A DNA stretch of 64,000 bases from Nitrospinaceae bacterium. GTDB taxonomy: Bacteria > Nitrospinota > Nitrospinia > Nitrospinales > Nitrospinaceae. This document shows positions 41,321-51,756 of this stretch, piece by piece; positions within the stretch are counted from its first letter, which is position 1; each line of letters starts with the position of its first letter. A program made the position numbers and the translations under genes. The stretch spans positions 2,592,001 through 2,656,000 of the forward strand of contig OZ250172.1 of the NCBI GenBank assembly GCA_965237905.1. Reading direction: 5' to 3'. The notes under the pieces were generated by a model. It ran no database searches. It was not told where the DNA came from and saw only the letters and a program-made list of their open reading frames with translations.

Positions 41321-42961
41321 TCAGCCCTCAACCCGCTCGATTCGGGGCCGGGAAATGTAGCCGGAGGCGGCTACGGTGTGGGCCACGGCGTAATACACAG
41401 GGGAGGGCGCGGGGGTGAGCTTCGGCTCGGGACCCTGCCATTCCAGCGTGTGGCGGAACGGCACCACCATCGTCTTGCGGTCGCCGTCCCAGGTTTTGGA
41501 GCGGGAGGAGCCGTTCGATGCCAATCGCGCAGTCATGAATCCCGGCAGGCGAAAACTGCGCTGGTGGTACAGGTAATCGAGTTGCAGCAGGTCCCAGGCC
41601 AGGGGGTCGGCGTCGAGGTTAAAGGTCTCGGCGAAGATGCGGTACTGGTGGTCGAGCGACAACGCGTTCAATACCCGGTTTTCTTTTTCGAGTGCGGTCA
41701 TCAGTTTCTTGAAAACTTCTACGGGCGCCTGACTTTGGAGCAGACGGTCGAGGGAAAACTGAAACCGTTTGGTGTTGTAAAACAGGTCAAACGTCTCGTT
41801 GAACTGTTTCAGGAACCGGACTTCCTCCGCCGACAGGTTTTTGTGCGACAGAAATTCGTACGGTGGGAACGACAGGTAGCGGTACTCGTGAGATTCGATT
41901 TTGTCGCGAATCGGCGCGCCAGGCAGGAATTTCAGGAAGCCGAGTTGCAGTTCGTGCGGTTTGAGTTTCAGAACCTCGGTGAACGATTCCATCAGTTCGT
42001 CCAGGGTTTCTCCCGGTAAACCAAAAATGAGATCGCAATGGAGATGCACGCGATCCTGCTGGATCAGCGCCTGTATTGTTTTAAACAATTTTGCGTTGCT
42101 CTGTTTGCGGTGGACGGTGGTCTGTACTTCTTCCGTCGTAGTCTGAATGCCGATCTCGAACTGGAACATGCCCTGCGGCACGGTTGCGAGGAAGCGCATC
42201 ATGTCGTCATTGAGCAAGTCGCCGACCACTTCGAAATGAAACTCCGTGCCTTCGAACTGCGTCAGCCATTGCATGAGGCTCATCATGCGTTTTGGTTGAA
42301 GATTAAACGTCCGATCGACGAACTTGATCTTGCCCGTGCCGTTCTGGATGAGACGCTGGATCTGCTGGCGGATGTCGGCGTCGTCGAAGTACCTTACCTT
42401 CTTGTCGAGCGCCGACAGGCAGAACGAGCACAGGTAGGGGCATCCGCGCGAGGCTTCGATATACGCGTAGCGATTTTTAAGTGTGGGGTAATCCTCTTCG
42501 ATGTACGGCGGATGCAGGTCCGGCAGGTCATTGCCGTAAGTGTTCCAGTGGTCCAGCGTTTCCCGAGGCGGCGATTCCCCCTTGGCGGCGAAGTTGAGGT
42601 ACTCCACCCACTTGCTTTCACCCTCGCCTGCGATCAGGGTGTAGCCGTCCGGTAATTCCGGTTCGAAAGACACCTCCGGTCCGCCCAAAACAATTTTCAA
42701 ACCAGGATTTTGTTTCTGCAGGTATTCTAATAATTCGAAGCTTTGCTTCCGGTTCCAGATGTAGACACTGAGGCCCAAAATATCAGGCTGTTGTTTCAGG
42801 ATGTCCGCGGCGATTTTCCAGACCGGCTGGTTGATGATGAATTCTTGGACCCAGACGTTCTCGAATCCCGCCCGCCGCGCCGCATTGCGCAGGTAGCGCA
42901 GGCTCAGCGATGAATGGATAAACTTCGCGTTCAATGTGACAATGCCGATGGATGGGTTCAT
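41321..42961 (-). CDS. B12-binding domain radical SAM protein
   Basis: LNAKFIHSSLSLRYL, GGPEVS, RGCPYLCSFC, DRTFN; start placed at MNPS, 7 nt after an extended -10 TGGTATGCT. Confidence 0.88.
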   Translation of the reverse strand: MNPSIGIVTLNAKFIHSSLSLRYLRNAARRAGFENVWVQEFIINQPVWKIAADILKQQPDILGLSVYIWNRKQSFELLEYLQKQNPGLKIVLGGPEVSFEPELPDGYTLIAGEGESKWVEYLNFAAKGESPPRETLDHWNTYGNDLPDLHPPYIEEDYPTLKNRYAYIEASRGCPYLCSFCLSALDKKVRYFDDADIRQQIQRLIQNGTGKIKFVDRTFNLQPKRMMSLMQWLTQFEGTEFHFEVVGDLLNDDMMRFLATVPQGMFQFEIGIQTTTEEVQTTVHRKQSNAKLFKTIQALIQQDRVHLHCDLIFGLPGETLDELMESFTEVLKLKPHELQLGFLKFLPGAPIRDKIESHEYRYLSFPPYEFLSHKNLSAEEVRFLKQFNETFDLFYNTKRFQFSLDRLLQSQAPVEVFKKLMTALEKENRVLNALSLDHQYRIFAETFNLDADPLAWDLLQLDYLYHQRSFRLPGFMTARLASNGSSRSKTWDGDRKTMVVPFRHTLEWQGPEPKLTPAPSPVYYAVAHTVAASGYISRPRIERVEG

Positions 42962-43036
42962 GCCGCCTAGCATACCATTTTGAGGTATATTGCTTTACAA
43001 TTAAATATACTCGAGGTCAATTGAGAGGATAGCGAA

Positions 43037-43891
43037 ATGAAGTGGATCAGGTGCCTGGTTTTTGTGAGTGTTGTGTTGTTTTCAAGCATTGCGGGTGCAG
43101 GGAATTGTCAGGAGGAAAAGATGAAAAATCTCATGCAGGAGCTGGATAAGTCAAAAGTAGAATCAGCGCTCACCCTTTCAAAAGAGATAAAAGCCTACTC
43201 AAAGGGGAAGGAATTTGAATGTGTTGAGCCCTTGATCGTCGATTTCATATCTTTTTATAACCAATCGCTTAATGAATTCTCAGAGGCCAATGGTATTTCG
43301 GATTTGCCCTATCCCATGCCTGATGAGAAGAGAAGTGAACTTTCTTCCAGGATTGAAAAAGTCGGGTGGGAGCTCAGGGAATCAGAAGAAATGTATTACA
43401 TTGCTGAGCAGGGAGACTGGATATCAAAGGAGTTCGAGCCAATTCTCAATCAATCATGGAAAGATTATTTCGCCTTAGTCGCGGTGGAACTCAAAGAGGC
43501 GTTTTTGTCGGAAACCGACATCGTGCTTGTTAGCTGGAAAAAGCTTTGTGACCAGATTATCAAGTGGGACGAGTTTATGGCCAAATATCCAGAGTTTCCT
43601 TTGATCGGGTCGATTCAATACCACCATGCAGTTTATGTTGAGGCGCTTCTTACAGGTCAGGAGCCGTCAGGAGGGAGTGATCGGAACAATCACAAGTTGC
43701 AGCCTGAAGTTAAAAAAGAATACGAGCGTTTTATTGAAGTGAATACCCAATCAAAATATCACCCTATAGTTAAGGAGTACTATGATTTTCTCTCAAAGAA
43801 TGATTTTATGGTTAATGAGGGAACGATCTATTTTCTTCTTCAGGACCATGTTAAAAGTCTATTCGATGTCAAGCCGCCTCTCGACTACTAA
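43037..43891 (+). CDS. Hypothetical exported protein
   Basis: Signal peptide, GAGG RBS, AT-richer codons. Confidence 0.75.
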   Translation: MKWIRCLVFVSVVLFSSIAGAGNCQEEKMKNLMQELDKSKVESALTLSKEIKAYSKGKEFECVEPLIVDFISFYNQSLNEFSEANGISDLPYPMPDEKRSELSSRIEKVGWELRESEEMYYIAEQGDWISKEFEPILNQSWKDYFALVAVELKEAFLSETDIVLVSWKKLCDQIIKWDEFMAKYPEFPLIGSIQYHHAVYVEALLTGQEPSGGSDRNNHKLQPEVKKEYERFIEVNTQSKYHPIVKEYYDFLSKNDFMVNEGTIYFLLQDHVKSLFDVKPPLDY

Positions 43892-43903
43892 AAATGTATT
43901 GAA

Positions 43904-43976
43904 ATGAATCAATAAACTTTGCGTTTAGTGTGACAATACCGATCGATGGATTCATGCCGCCTGGCATACCATTTTG
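43904..43976 (-). pseudogene. Displaced duplicate of the radical SAM gene 5' end and -10 region
   Basis: 64/73 identical to 42910-42982; MNPSIGIVTLNAKFIDS versus MNPSIGIVTLNAKFIHS. Confidence 0.88.
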
Positions 43977-44023
43977 CGGAGAAGGAGGGAAAATATTGGA
44001 CAGGATAACAGGAGAAATTCGGA

Positions 44024-44058
44024 TTAACCACAGATGGACACAGATGAACACGGATAAA
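44024..44058. repeat. TTAACCACAGATG-type repeat (left arm)
   Basis: Inverted counterpart at 44695-44728; another copy at 12897-12919. Confidence 0.8.
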
Positions 44059-44082
44059 CAAAGATCCTTCGTTACACCGTAG

Positions 44083-44622
44083 TCAAGTGCATTTCTGATC
44101 AGGAAGTACTTTTAAGACTTTTCGGATATTTGCGGAGGTGACTTTAGAAGAATTATTCCTGTCCATTTGCCTGGCCACTCCCGCCATTTTTCCTACCTCT
44201 ACCCAGCTTTTGTACCGATAATTCCCTCCGTGAACATCTAAAATGAAAAGGGAATTATCCTTTTCGGAAAATGATAGAATAGCCATGTTAACGACCACTC
44301 CGCTTTTATTTTTTTCGATTAAAAACCCTTGCCGGGTTTCTTCAGTATTTCGATTTCGCAATTTTCTTATGGGCTCGGAAGGAAAAATCAAAGAATACCA
44401 ATGCTTTTCGCTATTGTAATCCGGGTCGAGGATGTAATCCGCGTCGATGATATAGCAGGAAGTAACGGGTACTTGGGCTCCCCGCTTTTCAATATCACTC
44501 AACAAATTTTCATAAGCCTCGTCGAAAGCTCCGGAAGATGCTCCTAGGGAAAGAATAAGAATCAGGGTCATCCATGTTGTTTTGATAAGCCGGTTGCTGT
44601 GGAAAGTTTTGGGTTTTGGCAT
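44083..44622 (-). CDS. Hypothetical exported protein
   Basis: 179 aa ORF with a hydrophobic N-terminal segment. Confidence 0.65.
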   Translation of the reverse strand: MPKPKTFHSNRLIKTTWMTLILILSLGASSGAFDEAYENLLSDIEKRGAQVPVTSCYIIDADYILDPDYNSEKHWYSLIFPSEPIRKLRNRNTEETRQGFLIEKNKSGVVVNMAILSFSEKDNSLFILDVHGGNYRYKSWVEVGKMAGVARQMDRNNSSKVTSANIRKVLKVLPDQKCT

Positions 44623-44694
44623 AAGTGATTTCTCAGTGCTTCTGAATCATACTGCTAGTATAAAGGATAAAGGGGCGCATCTGGAAAGTTAAAT

Positions 44695-44728
44695 TCATCG
44701 GTGTTTATCTGTGTTCATCTGTGGTTAA
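44695..44728. repeat. ATCTGTGTTCATCTGTGGTTAA repeat (right arm)
   Basis: Reverse complement of 44024-44058 with few mismatches. Confidence 0.8.
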
Positions 44729-44744
44729 TAGGTTTTTTGGGCGG

Positions 44745-45563
44745 TTATCTTTTCTGACAGGTTTTGCAGAAGAAGGTGGAGCGGGCAGTGTGGACGCTGC
44801 GACTGATCGGGTTTCCGCACCGGGGGCAGGGCTCGCCTTCCCTGCCGTAGACGGCCAAGTCGAGCGCGAAGTAGCCGGGCTTGCCATCGGTATTGAAAAA
44901 ATCGCGCAGGGTGGTGCCGCCCGCTTCGATACTTTTCCGCAATACTTTTCTCACCTCACTTAATAGTTTCTCCCAGTGCGGCCGGCTGAGTTTGTTCGCG
45001 GGCTTTTTGGGATGAATCCCCGCCTCGAACAGCGCCTCGCAGGCGTAAATGTTGCCGATGCCCGCGATGCGCGTCGCGTTCATCAGAAATCCTTTGATGG
45101 GTCCTTTGCAGGTACGCGCACGTTCCTTGAATAACTCGGGTGTCGCCTCGTCGGAAAATGGGTCGGGTCCCAGGTGATCCAGCAAAGGATGCCCTTCATC
45201 CTTCGGCACCCACAGGATGCACCCGAAGCGGCGCGGGTCGATGAAATGCAGATACGTTTCCGGCGCGAAATGAAAGATGGCGTGCGTGTGTTTTTCTTCC
45301 GCTTGCAGGGAGGCGCGTTGGGTCACGCGTCCGCTCATCCCCAGATGCCAGAGCATCGCGCCCTGATCATTGTGTAGTAGGAGGTATTTGCCTGTGCGTG
45401 TGACGTCGCCCACCACCGACCCTGTCATCTCTTTCTGCAGTTGCTTACGCGGTATGGGAAAGCGCAGATCTGCGCGCAGGAATTTGAGATCGACCAGCGT
45501 TTGGTTGCGGACCAGCGGGATGAGCGCGTTTCGGAGCGTTTCGACTTCGGGTAGTTCAGGCAT
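44745..45563 (-). CDS. mutM: Formamidopyrimidine-DNA glycosylase
   Basis: MPELPEVET, HLGMSG, DPRRFG, GIGNIYACE, C-terminal zinc finger. Confidence 0.96.
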   Translation of the reverse strand: MPELPEVETLRNALIPLVRNQTLVDLKFLRADLRFPIPRKQLQKEMTGSVVGDVTRTGKYLLLHNDQGAMLWHLGMSGRVTQRASLQAEEKHTHAIFHFAPETYLHFIDPRRFGCILWVPKDEGHPLLDHLGPDPFSDEATPELFKERARTCKGPIKGFLMNATRIAGIGNIYACEALFEAGIHPKKPANKLSRPHWEKLLSEVRKVLRKSIEAGGTTLRDFFNTDGKPGYFALDLAVYGREGEPCPRCGNPISRSVHTARSTFFCKTCQKR

Positions 45564-45674
45564 GGATATTTAAACTCGTATATAGTTCTAAGTGAGCCGT
45601 AGTGTACCACTTGGGTTTATTGACTTTGTGGATTTTGGTTGACTTGAATTTATGCCCAAATTAACCTGTAGACT

Positions 45675-46266
45675 ATGGAAACTATAAATAAATTAACATT
45701 AAATTATGCGGATCTGGGTTTATTTGCACCAGTCATTCTGTTTGCCCTACTTGCTATTTTACATGTAAAGGTTTTTTTGCACTTTTCCATGTCGTTGCCG
45801 TATTTTAGGTCGTTCCTGAAGTTGAAAGAGTTGAAGCATAATTTCTTTCCGCTGAAAGAAAAGGTTTTATCGAGTGAGAGACATTCCTTAGCTAACCTCA
45901 TGGTTAAGTCTGATGGAGAGCAGACTTTATGGGCGAGGACGTCTATGAAGGGCTCTTGGAACGCTGGTTTTGTTTTGAAAATGGCCTTATCGAAAGCCAA
46001 GGACGAGGTGATCAAAACAGAAGTGATGTTTTCCCCTTTTAGTAACATTTCTTGCTTGTGCGGTTTTCGCATTTCTTTCTTTCAATTTTGCGTTTCCTTT
46101 TTTCAATACGGTCACGGGTCAACCGGATGATGGCGTTATAAAGTTTGCTCCTTATTTAGTGTTCCCAACTCTTTTGCTTGGCTACTGGTCGATGCTAAGA
46201 CAGTATTTCAAGCAGGCAGACCAGTTTTTGAGTGAAATGACTGCGTCAACTGGTCGGAGTCAATAA
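45675..46266 (+). pseudogene. Frameshifted membrane protein gene
   Basis: ORF 45675-46130 continues in another frame from the TTTTCCCCTTTT tract (about 46029-46040) to TAA at 46266, adding two TM helices. Confidence 0.55.
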
Positions 46267-46324
46267 GATAGTTGTTGAATCCGGTTGACGCTGAGCGCTG
46301 CAGGTATGGCGCGGGATTATTCGG

Positions 46325-46951
46325 TCAGGCCGGGGCTTCGGCTGAGGTCGAGGCGTTGTCCGAGTCCTTGTCTTTCGGTTTTTCGCCTTGCGGTTTTTTA
46401 GCGGTGACCACCCGGGCGGGCAGGAGGACGCGGCCGTTCATGCGGTAGCCTTTCGAGAATTCTTCGATCACTGTATTTTCTTCGTGGTCGGGCGATTCGA
46501 TTTGGCTCAGCACTTCGTGAATCGAAGGATCGAAGGGTTCGCCGACGGCTTTGATCGGTTCGACGTTTTCTTTTTTGAAGAGGGCGAGGACCTGGTTGGA
46601 CGTCAACTGTACGCCTTCTTTCAGGCTTTCGACGTTGGTGTCGGGTGCCTTCAGGGCGCGATCCAGATTTTCAAAGATGGGAATCAGTTGCTTGATGAGC
46701 CTCTCGTTGGCGAACTGGACGCTGTCCTGTTTTTCGCGTTGCAGGCGTTTGCGGAGATTATCCGTTTCGGCCCGCATCCGGAGCATTTCATCGCGGAGAT
46801 CTTGCGCCTCCTGCTGTGCCTGTTCGAGTTCCGACGGGCCTTCCTCTTCCTCCACGATCTCGGCGACGGGAGCTTCTTCTGTGTCGGCGGGCTCCTCTTC
46901 GGGAATTTCTTCTTCTTCGGTTTCTATGTGAATCTTTTTCTTCTTGCTCAT
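46325..46951 (-). CDS. grpE: Nucleotide exchange factor GrpE
   Basis: RAETDNLRKR, ENLDRAL, FDPSIHE, KGYRMNGRVLLPARV. Confidence 0.95.
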   Translation of the reverse strand: MSKKKKIHIETEEEEIPEEEPADTEEAPVAEIVEEEEGPSELEQAQQEAQDLRDEMLRMRAETDNLRKRLQREKQDSVQFANERLIKQLIPIFENLDRALKAPDTNVESLKEGVQLTSNQVLALFKKENVEPIKAVGEPFDPSIHEVLSQIESPDHEENTVIEEFSKGYRMNGRVLLPARVVTAKKPQGEKPKDKDSDNASTSAEAPA

Positions 46952-46959
46952 AAATCCGG

Positions 46960-48018
46960 TTACTCTCCTTTATATCTTTTGCTCGACAGGATTTGCGACA
47001 CGTTATTGGCGGTGGAATTGACGATGCCGATGATTTTCTGGTAGTCCATGCGCTTCGGGCCGAAAATCGCCAAGGTGCCGATGTTCTGATCGTCCAGCTG
47101 ATAGCTCTGGGCGATCAGACTGCCCGCCTGCATTTCCTCCTCGGCGTTTTCTTCGCCGATGATGATGCTCAGGCCGTTTTGCTTCATGCACAGATCCAGC
47201 AGTTTGATCAGTTTGTTTTTTTCTTCCACCGTTTTCATCAGTTTTTTCATGTTTTCCAGATCGGCGGAAAACTCGGGCTGGTCGAGCATGTGGGCCATCC
47301 CTTCGATCAACAGTTCGCCGTCTTCTTCCCTGTCGGTGAACATCCGGCTCCACAATTCGTTGGCCTTCTTCATCAACTGGTCGTGATGTTCTTTTTCGGT
47401 TTGCATGCGGCGGCGGAGTTCGACCTGAATAGAGTTCAGGGAGCAGCCGGCAAATTCTTCGTTCAAGTATGCAGCAAGGGCGTTCAGGCTGTCCTGCGGG
47501 ACTTCTTCTTTGAGGCGCACGACTTTTTTCTTTACCACGCCCATTTCCGAGATGAAGACGGCCAGCACGCGTTTGCCTTCGATGCGCATGAACTCGATGT
47601 GTTTGAGCGACAGGTTCCAGAAACCCAGGGTCATCACCAACCCGGTCTGATGGGAGTTCTGCGACAGCAGACTACAGGCGGAGCCCAGCACTTCTTCCAG
47701 CGTCTCGGTGTTGCGGTAGGGTTGGGAATCGCTGACGATCGATGCGACCGGTTGCAGTTTCTGCGCGTTGAGGATTTGATTGACGAAATAACGGTAGCCC
47801 CGGTCCGTCGAAACGCGGCCCGCGGACGTATGGGGTTGGTACAGGTAGCCCAACTCTTCCAAGTCCGCCATCACGTTGCGGATGGTGGCAGGGCTCAACC
47901 GTTTCGACAATTTTTTGGAGAGCGTGCGCGACCCCACCGGTTCGGCGGTGGCCACGAAATCGTTGATCGTCTCCAGCAAAATGGTCCGGCTTCTGTCGTC
48001 AAGAATCACTGGGCTCAT
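46960..48018 (-). CDS. hrcA: Heat-inducible transcription repressor HrcA
   Basis: EPVGSRTL, SPATIRNVMADLEELGYLYQPHTSAGR, GPKRMDY. Confidence 0.96.
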   Translation of the reverse strand: MSPVILDDRSRTILLETINDFVATAEPVGSRTLSKKLSKRLSPATIRNVMADLEELGYLYQPHTSAGRVSTDRGYRYFVNQILNAQKLQPVASIVSDSQPYRNTETLEEVLGSACSLLSQNSHQTGLVMTLGFWNLSLKHIEFMRIEGKRVLAVFISEMGVVKKKVVRLKEEVPQDSLNALAAYLNEEFAGCSLNSIQVELRRRMQTEKEHHDQLMKKANELWSRMFTDREEDGELLIEGMAHMLDQPEFSADLENMKKLMKTVEEKNKLIKLLDLCMKQNGLSIIIGEENAEEEMQAGSLIAQSYQLDDQNIGTLAIFGPKRMDYQKIIGIVNSTANNVSQILSSKRYKGE

Positions 48019-48060
48019 AACTATTCAATATATAAGGATTAAGGATCGATTATGTATTCT

Positions 48061-48116
48061 AAACTAGCAAGGTCCGAAAGCGTTGTCAACTCCTGCCCGG
48101 AGGGGGAACTTGCTAA
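48061..48116 (-). promoter_or_regulatory. hrcA promoter with a flanking CIRCE-like inverted repeat
   Basis: TTGACA-17-TAGTTT on the minus strand; CTAGCAAG (48064) and CTTGCTAA (48109) half-sites. Confidence 0.45.
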
Positions 48117-48250
48117 CAGTTAACGGCTAACGATGTTTCTTGAGCGCAAGCGGAGTACTTCCGCAGGTAATTTTAAAACCCTAGCTGGCGGAGATAGCGG
48201 TGCGACCTGATATTCCGTTTCAGCAAAGTAAGCTCCGGCGCTACGCCGGT

Positions 48251-49135
48251 TCACTTTTCGATGATCTGGGTGCCGACGCCGGCCTGGGTGAACATTTCCA
48301 GCAGAATGGCGTGCTTCACCCGGCCATCGACGATGTGGGTTTTGGTCACACCTTCCTTGAGTGCGTCGAGGCAACAGTTCACCTTGGGCAACATGCCGTC
48401 CTTGATGACCTTCGATTTGATCAGCTTTTGCGCGTCTTTCCTTGTGAGGCCGGTGATCAGCTTGCCGTCCTTGCCTTTAACGCCTTCGATGTCCGTCATC
48501 AACAATAGTTTTTCCGCTTTCAGCGCTCCGGCGACTCTGGCGGCGACGAAGTCGGCGTTGATGTTCAGCGTTTCGCCTTGTTCTCCCCGGCCGATGGGAG
48601 CGATGACGGGAATGAACTCCGCCCGGTCGAGGGTATTCAGGATATTGGGGTTGACCTGTTTGATGTCTCCCACCAATCCGAGGTCGATAATCTCCGGCCG
48701 GTTGGTTTCGGGGCATTTTTTGACCTTGCGAAACTGTTTGGCTTGGATCAGGTCGCCGTCCTTGCCGGTGATGCCGACTGCGTTGCCGCCGTGCCGGTTG
48801 ATGAGGGAGACGATCTCCTGATTGATTTTACCGCCCAGTACCATTTCCACCACGTCGATCATCTCTTCGCTGGTGACGCGCTGGCCATCGACGAATTTTG
48901 ACTGGATGCCGAACAGCTCCAGCGTTTTTCCGATCTGCGGTCCACCGCCGTGCACGATGACAGGGTTGATGCCAATGTATTTCATCATCACCACGTCCAG
49001 AGCGAAGTTGTTTTTCAACTCTTCGGACACCATGGCGTTGCCGCCGTATTTGATGACGATGGTCTTGTTATAAAACTTTTTGATGAAGGGAAGCGCCTCA
49101 ATCAGGACTTCCGCTTTCTGGATGCTTTTTTTCAT
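48251..49135 (-). CDS. argB: Acetylglutamate kinase
   Basis: VIKYGGNAM, VHGGGPQI, NINAD, GMLPKV. Confidence 0.96.
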   Translation of the reverse strand: MKKSIQKAEVLIEALPFIKKFYNKTIVIKYGGNAMVSEELKNNFALDVVMMKYIGINPVIVHGGGPQIGKTLELFGIQSKFVDGQRVTSEEMIDVVEMVLGGKINQEIVSLINRHGGNAVGITGKDGDLIQAKQFRKVKKCPETNRPEIIDLGLVGDIKQVNPNILNTLDRAEFIPVIAPIGRGEQGETLNINADFVAARVAGALKAEKLLLMTDIEGVKGKDGKLITGLTRKDAQKLIKSKVIKDGMLPKVNCCLDALKEGVTKTHIVDGRVKHAILLEMFTQAGVGTQIIEK

Positions 49136-49142
49136 AGTTTGA

Positions 49143-50555
49143 TTAAAGGATATAGCGGCTCAGGTCTTCGTTTTCGATAATGTCTTTCAGCTTGTCCCGG
49201 ACGGTAGCGGCATCGATTTCAACTTTCTGGTTTCTCATGTCCGGCGCGTCGAACGAAATGCTCTCCAGCAGTTTTTCCATGACCGTTTGGAGCCGCCGCG
49301 CTCCGATGTTTTCCGTGCGTTCGTTGACATAGGCGGACATTCGTGCGATTTCCCTAATGGCGGCGTCCTCAAATTTCAAATGCACCTCTTCCGTTCCCAA
49401 CAGCGCGGTGTACTGCTTGATTAATGCGTTGTCCGGCTCGGTCAGAATGCGGTAAAAATCCTCCTCAGTCAACGATTCCAGCTCGACGCGGATCGGGAAG
49501 CGGCCCTGGAACTCCGGGATCAGGTCCGACGGTTTCGACGCATGAAACGCTCCGGCGGAGATAAACAGAATGTGATCGGTTTTCACGATGCCGTATTTGG
49601 TGTTGATGCTGGAGCCTTCGACGATCGGGAGCAGGTCGCGTTGCACCCCTTCGCGTGATACGTCCGGCCCCTGCATGCCTTGGCCTCCGGTGATCTTGTC
49701 GATCTCGTCGATGAAAATGATGCCGCTTTGTTGAGCTCGGTCGATGGCCATCTGCACGACTTTATCGTGGTCGATCAGGTTCTCCGCTTCCTGCTGGATG
49801 AGAACCTTCAGTGCATCGGGCACCTTAACTTTTTTATTCTTTATTTTTTTGGGCATCAGGTTGCTGAGCATATCCTTGATGTTGTTGTCCATGTCGTCCA
49901 TTCCCGGAGGAGAGACGATTTCCATCATGGGGCCTGATTTTTCCTCAATTTCGATTTCCACCATCCGGTCCTCGAATCGTCCGTCATGCAGATACCCCCG
50001 GAATTTCTCCCGCGTTTGTTCGTATTGCTGTTTGCCCAGCGTGTCGGATGCGAACTCCCGGTTCTCCGGCGAATCATAGCTGGGGTGCGGGGGCAGGAGA
50101 ATATCCAGCAGGCGCTCCTCGGCATACTGGTTGGCTTTTTCCTGCACCTCCTGCTCCATTTCTTCCTGAACCATCCGCTTGGTCAACTCGACCAAATCAC
50201 GCACCATCGATTCGACATCGCGGCCGACGTACCCGACCTCGGTGTACTTGGAGGCTTCCACCTTAACGAAAGGGGACTGGGCCAGTTTGGCCAGCCGTCG
50301 CGCGATTTCCGTTTTGCCGACGCCCGTGGGACCGATCATCAGAATATTTTTGGGCGCCACTTCGTCGCGCATGTTATCCGGTAGTTGTTGCCGCCGCCAC
50401 CGGTTGCGCAGGGCGATGGCCACGGCCCGCTTGGCTTTATCCTGCCCGACAATAAAGTTATCCAGTTCGCTGACGATCTTCTTCGGGGTCAACGACGCCA
50501 TAAAATCCTGTCGGGACTGTTCGCCGGTCTTGGGTGTTTCTACCGCATGTTCCAT
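49143..50555 (-). CDS. hslU: ATP-dependent protease ATPase subunit HslU
   Basis: [42 protein letters not shown]. Confidence 0.97.
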   Translation of the reverse strand: MEHAVETPKTGEQSRQDFMASLTPKKIVSELDNFIVGQDKAKRAVAIALRNRWRRQQLPDNMRDEVAPKNILMIGPTGVGKTEIARRLAKLAQSPFVKVEASKYTEVGYVGRDVESMVRDLVELTKRMVQEEMEQEVQEKANQYAEERLLDILLPPHPSYDSPENREFASDTLGKQQYEQTREKFRGYLHDGRFEDRMVEIEIEEKSGPMMEIVSPPGMDDMDNNIKDMLSNLMPKKIKNKKVKVPDALKVLIQQEAENLIDHDKVVQMAIDRAQQSGIIFIDEIDKITGGQGMQGPDVSREGVQRDLLPIVEGSSINTKYGIVKTDHILFISAGAFHASKPSDLIPEFQGRFPIRVELESLTEEDFYRILTEPDNALIKQYTALLGTEEVHLKFEDAAIREIARMSAYVNERTENIGARRLQTVMEKLLESISFDAPDMRNQKVEIDAATVRDKLKDIIENEDLSRYIL

Positions 50556-50558
50556 GAA

Positions 50559-51101
50559 TTACAATTCCTCAATCGTGAGATTCGAGTTGGTGTAGATACA
50601 AATGGACCCGGCAATTTTCATAGCCTCTTCCACAATTTGCCGTGCGCTCATATCCGTGTGTGCCGCCAGGGCCTGAGCGGCGGCCTGGGCGAACATGCCG
50701 CCGGAACCGATGCCCATGATGCCATCGTCCGGCTCGACCACGTCGCCGGTCCCGGAGATCAGAAACGATTTTTCATCATCGACCACCACCAGCATGGCTT
50801 CGAGACGGCGGAGCAATTTGTCGGTGCGCCAGTCCTTGGCCAACTCCACTGCCGAGCGGGCCAGGTTGCCGTTGTACTTTTCCAACTTTTCCTCGAATCG
50901 GGCGAACAGGGCGAAGGCGTCGGCGGTGCCTCCGGCAAAGCCGCCGATGATTTTATCTTTATACATCCGGCGCACCTTGCTCGCGGTGTGCTTCATGACG
51001 GTGTTGCCGAGAGTGACTTGGCCGTCGCCACCGACCGCTACTTTTCCCTGGGTCCGGACCACCAGTATGGTGGTACCGTGCATTTCCAGTTGCTCACTCA
51101 T
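50559..51101 (-). CDS. hslV: ATP-dependent protease subunit HslV
   Basis: [32 protein letters not shown]. Confidence 0.97.
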   Translation of the reverse strand: MSEQLEMHGTTILVVRTQGKVAVGGDGQVTLGNTVMKHTASKVRRMYKDKIIGGFAGGTADAFALFARFEEKLEKYNGNLARSAVELAKDWRTDKLLRRLEAMLVVVDDEKSFLISGTGDVVEPDDGIMGIGSGGMFAQAAAQALAAHTDMSARQIVEEAMKIAGSICIYTNSNLTIEEL

Positions 51102-51267
51102 AAAATTATTTTACCTTTTTCAGTGCCGGTTTTCATGTTGGAGATTCTGTCCTCCCTTACATTTCAGTTCATGCTTCTGGCAAGCTGAATGGAGGCTTTT
51201 TACTATACTATAAGCGAAGAGAATCTTATAATAATTTAGGGGGATAACAGGTTTGAGGAGATTGATC

Positions 51268-51756
51268 ATGAAAAAGCGACTCAGTTTTCTAGTTTTTTGT
51301 GTGCTACTTAGTTTTCCGATGGTTTGTTTCGCGGAGGAATTGGGTGGAGGATATTCTCTTGTTCCTTCAGAGAATTGGATCATCAAGAGCCCTCCTGCGT
51401 CCAAATATAAAGTTGTCCTAACCGATCCTGCAGATAATTTCGCACCTAATATTAACGTTGTGGAGGAAGAGTTTAGTGGCTCAATGGAAGATTATATCCG
51501 GTTATCGATGGAGACTTTAGTGAAAATGATGATGGCCAAAAAGATTAGTGAATCGTCTTTTTCCTCCAAGAATGCTGATGGGGTTAGGTTAGTCACTCAT
51601 ACGCAGATGAATGCTTTAAAGTTAAGACAGGTGTTTTATTTTTTTGAAAACTCCCAGGGGCAAAAAGTGGTGGTCACGGCCTCTACCAGCAGGGACTCGG
51701 GAGATAAATTTGATGCCGCATTTGATAAAATGCTCCATTCCTTTAGAGTCAAATAG
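51268..51756 (+). CDS. Exported DcrB/PsbP-like protein
   Basis: Signal peptide; FAPNINVVEE; C-terminal FDKMLHSFRV. Confidence 0.6.
   Translation: MKKRLSFLVFCVLLSFPMVCFAEELGGGYSLVPSENWIIKSPPASKYKVVLTDPADNFAPNINVVEEEFSGSMEDYIRLSMETLVKMMMAKKISESSFSSKNADGVRLVTHTQMNALKLRQVFYFFENSQGQKVVVTASTSRDSGDKFDAAFDKMLHSFRVK

Noticed and set aside
46993..48042. 349 aa ORF antisense to hrcA, and similar long antisense ORFs over cytochrome b, ald, ilvD and the KAP gene
   Set aside because: Expected mirror frames of genes with biased codon use
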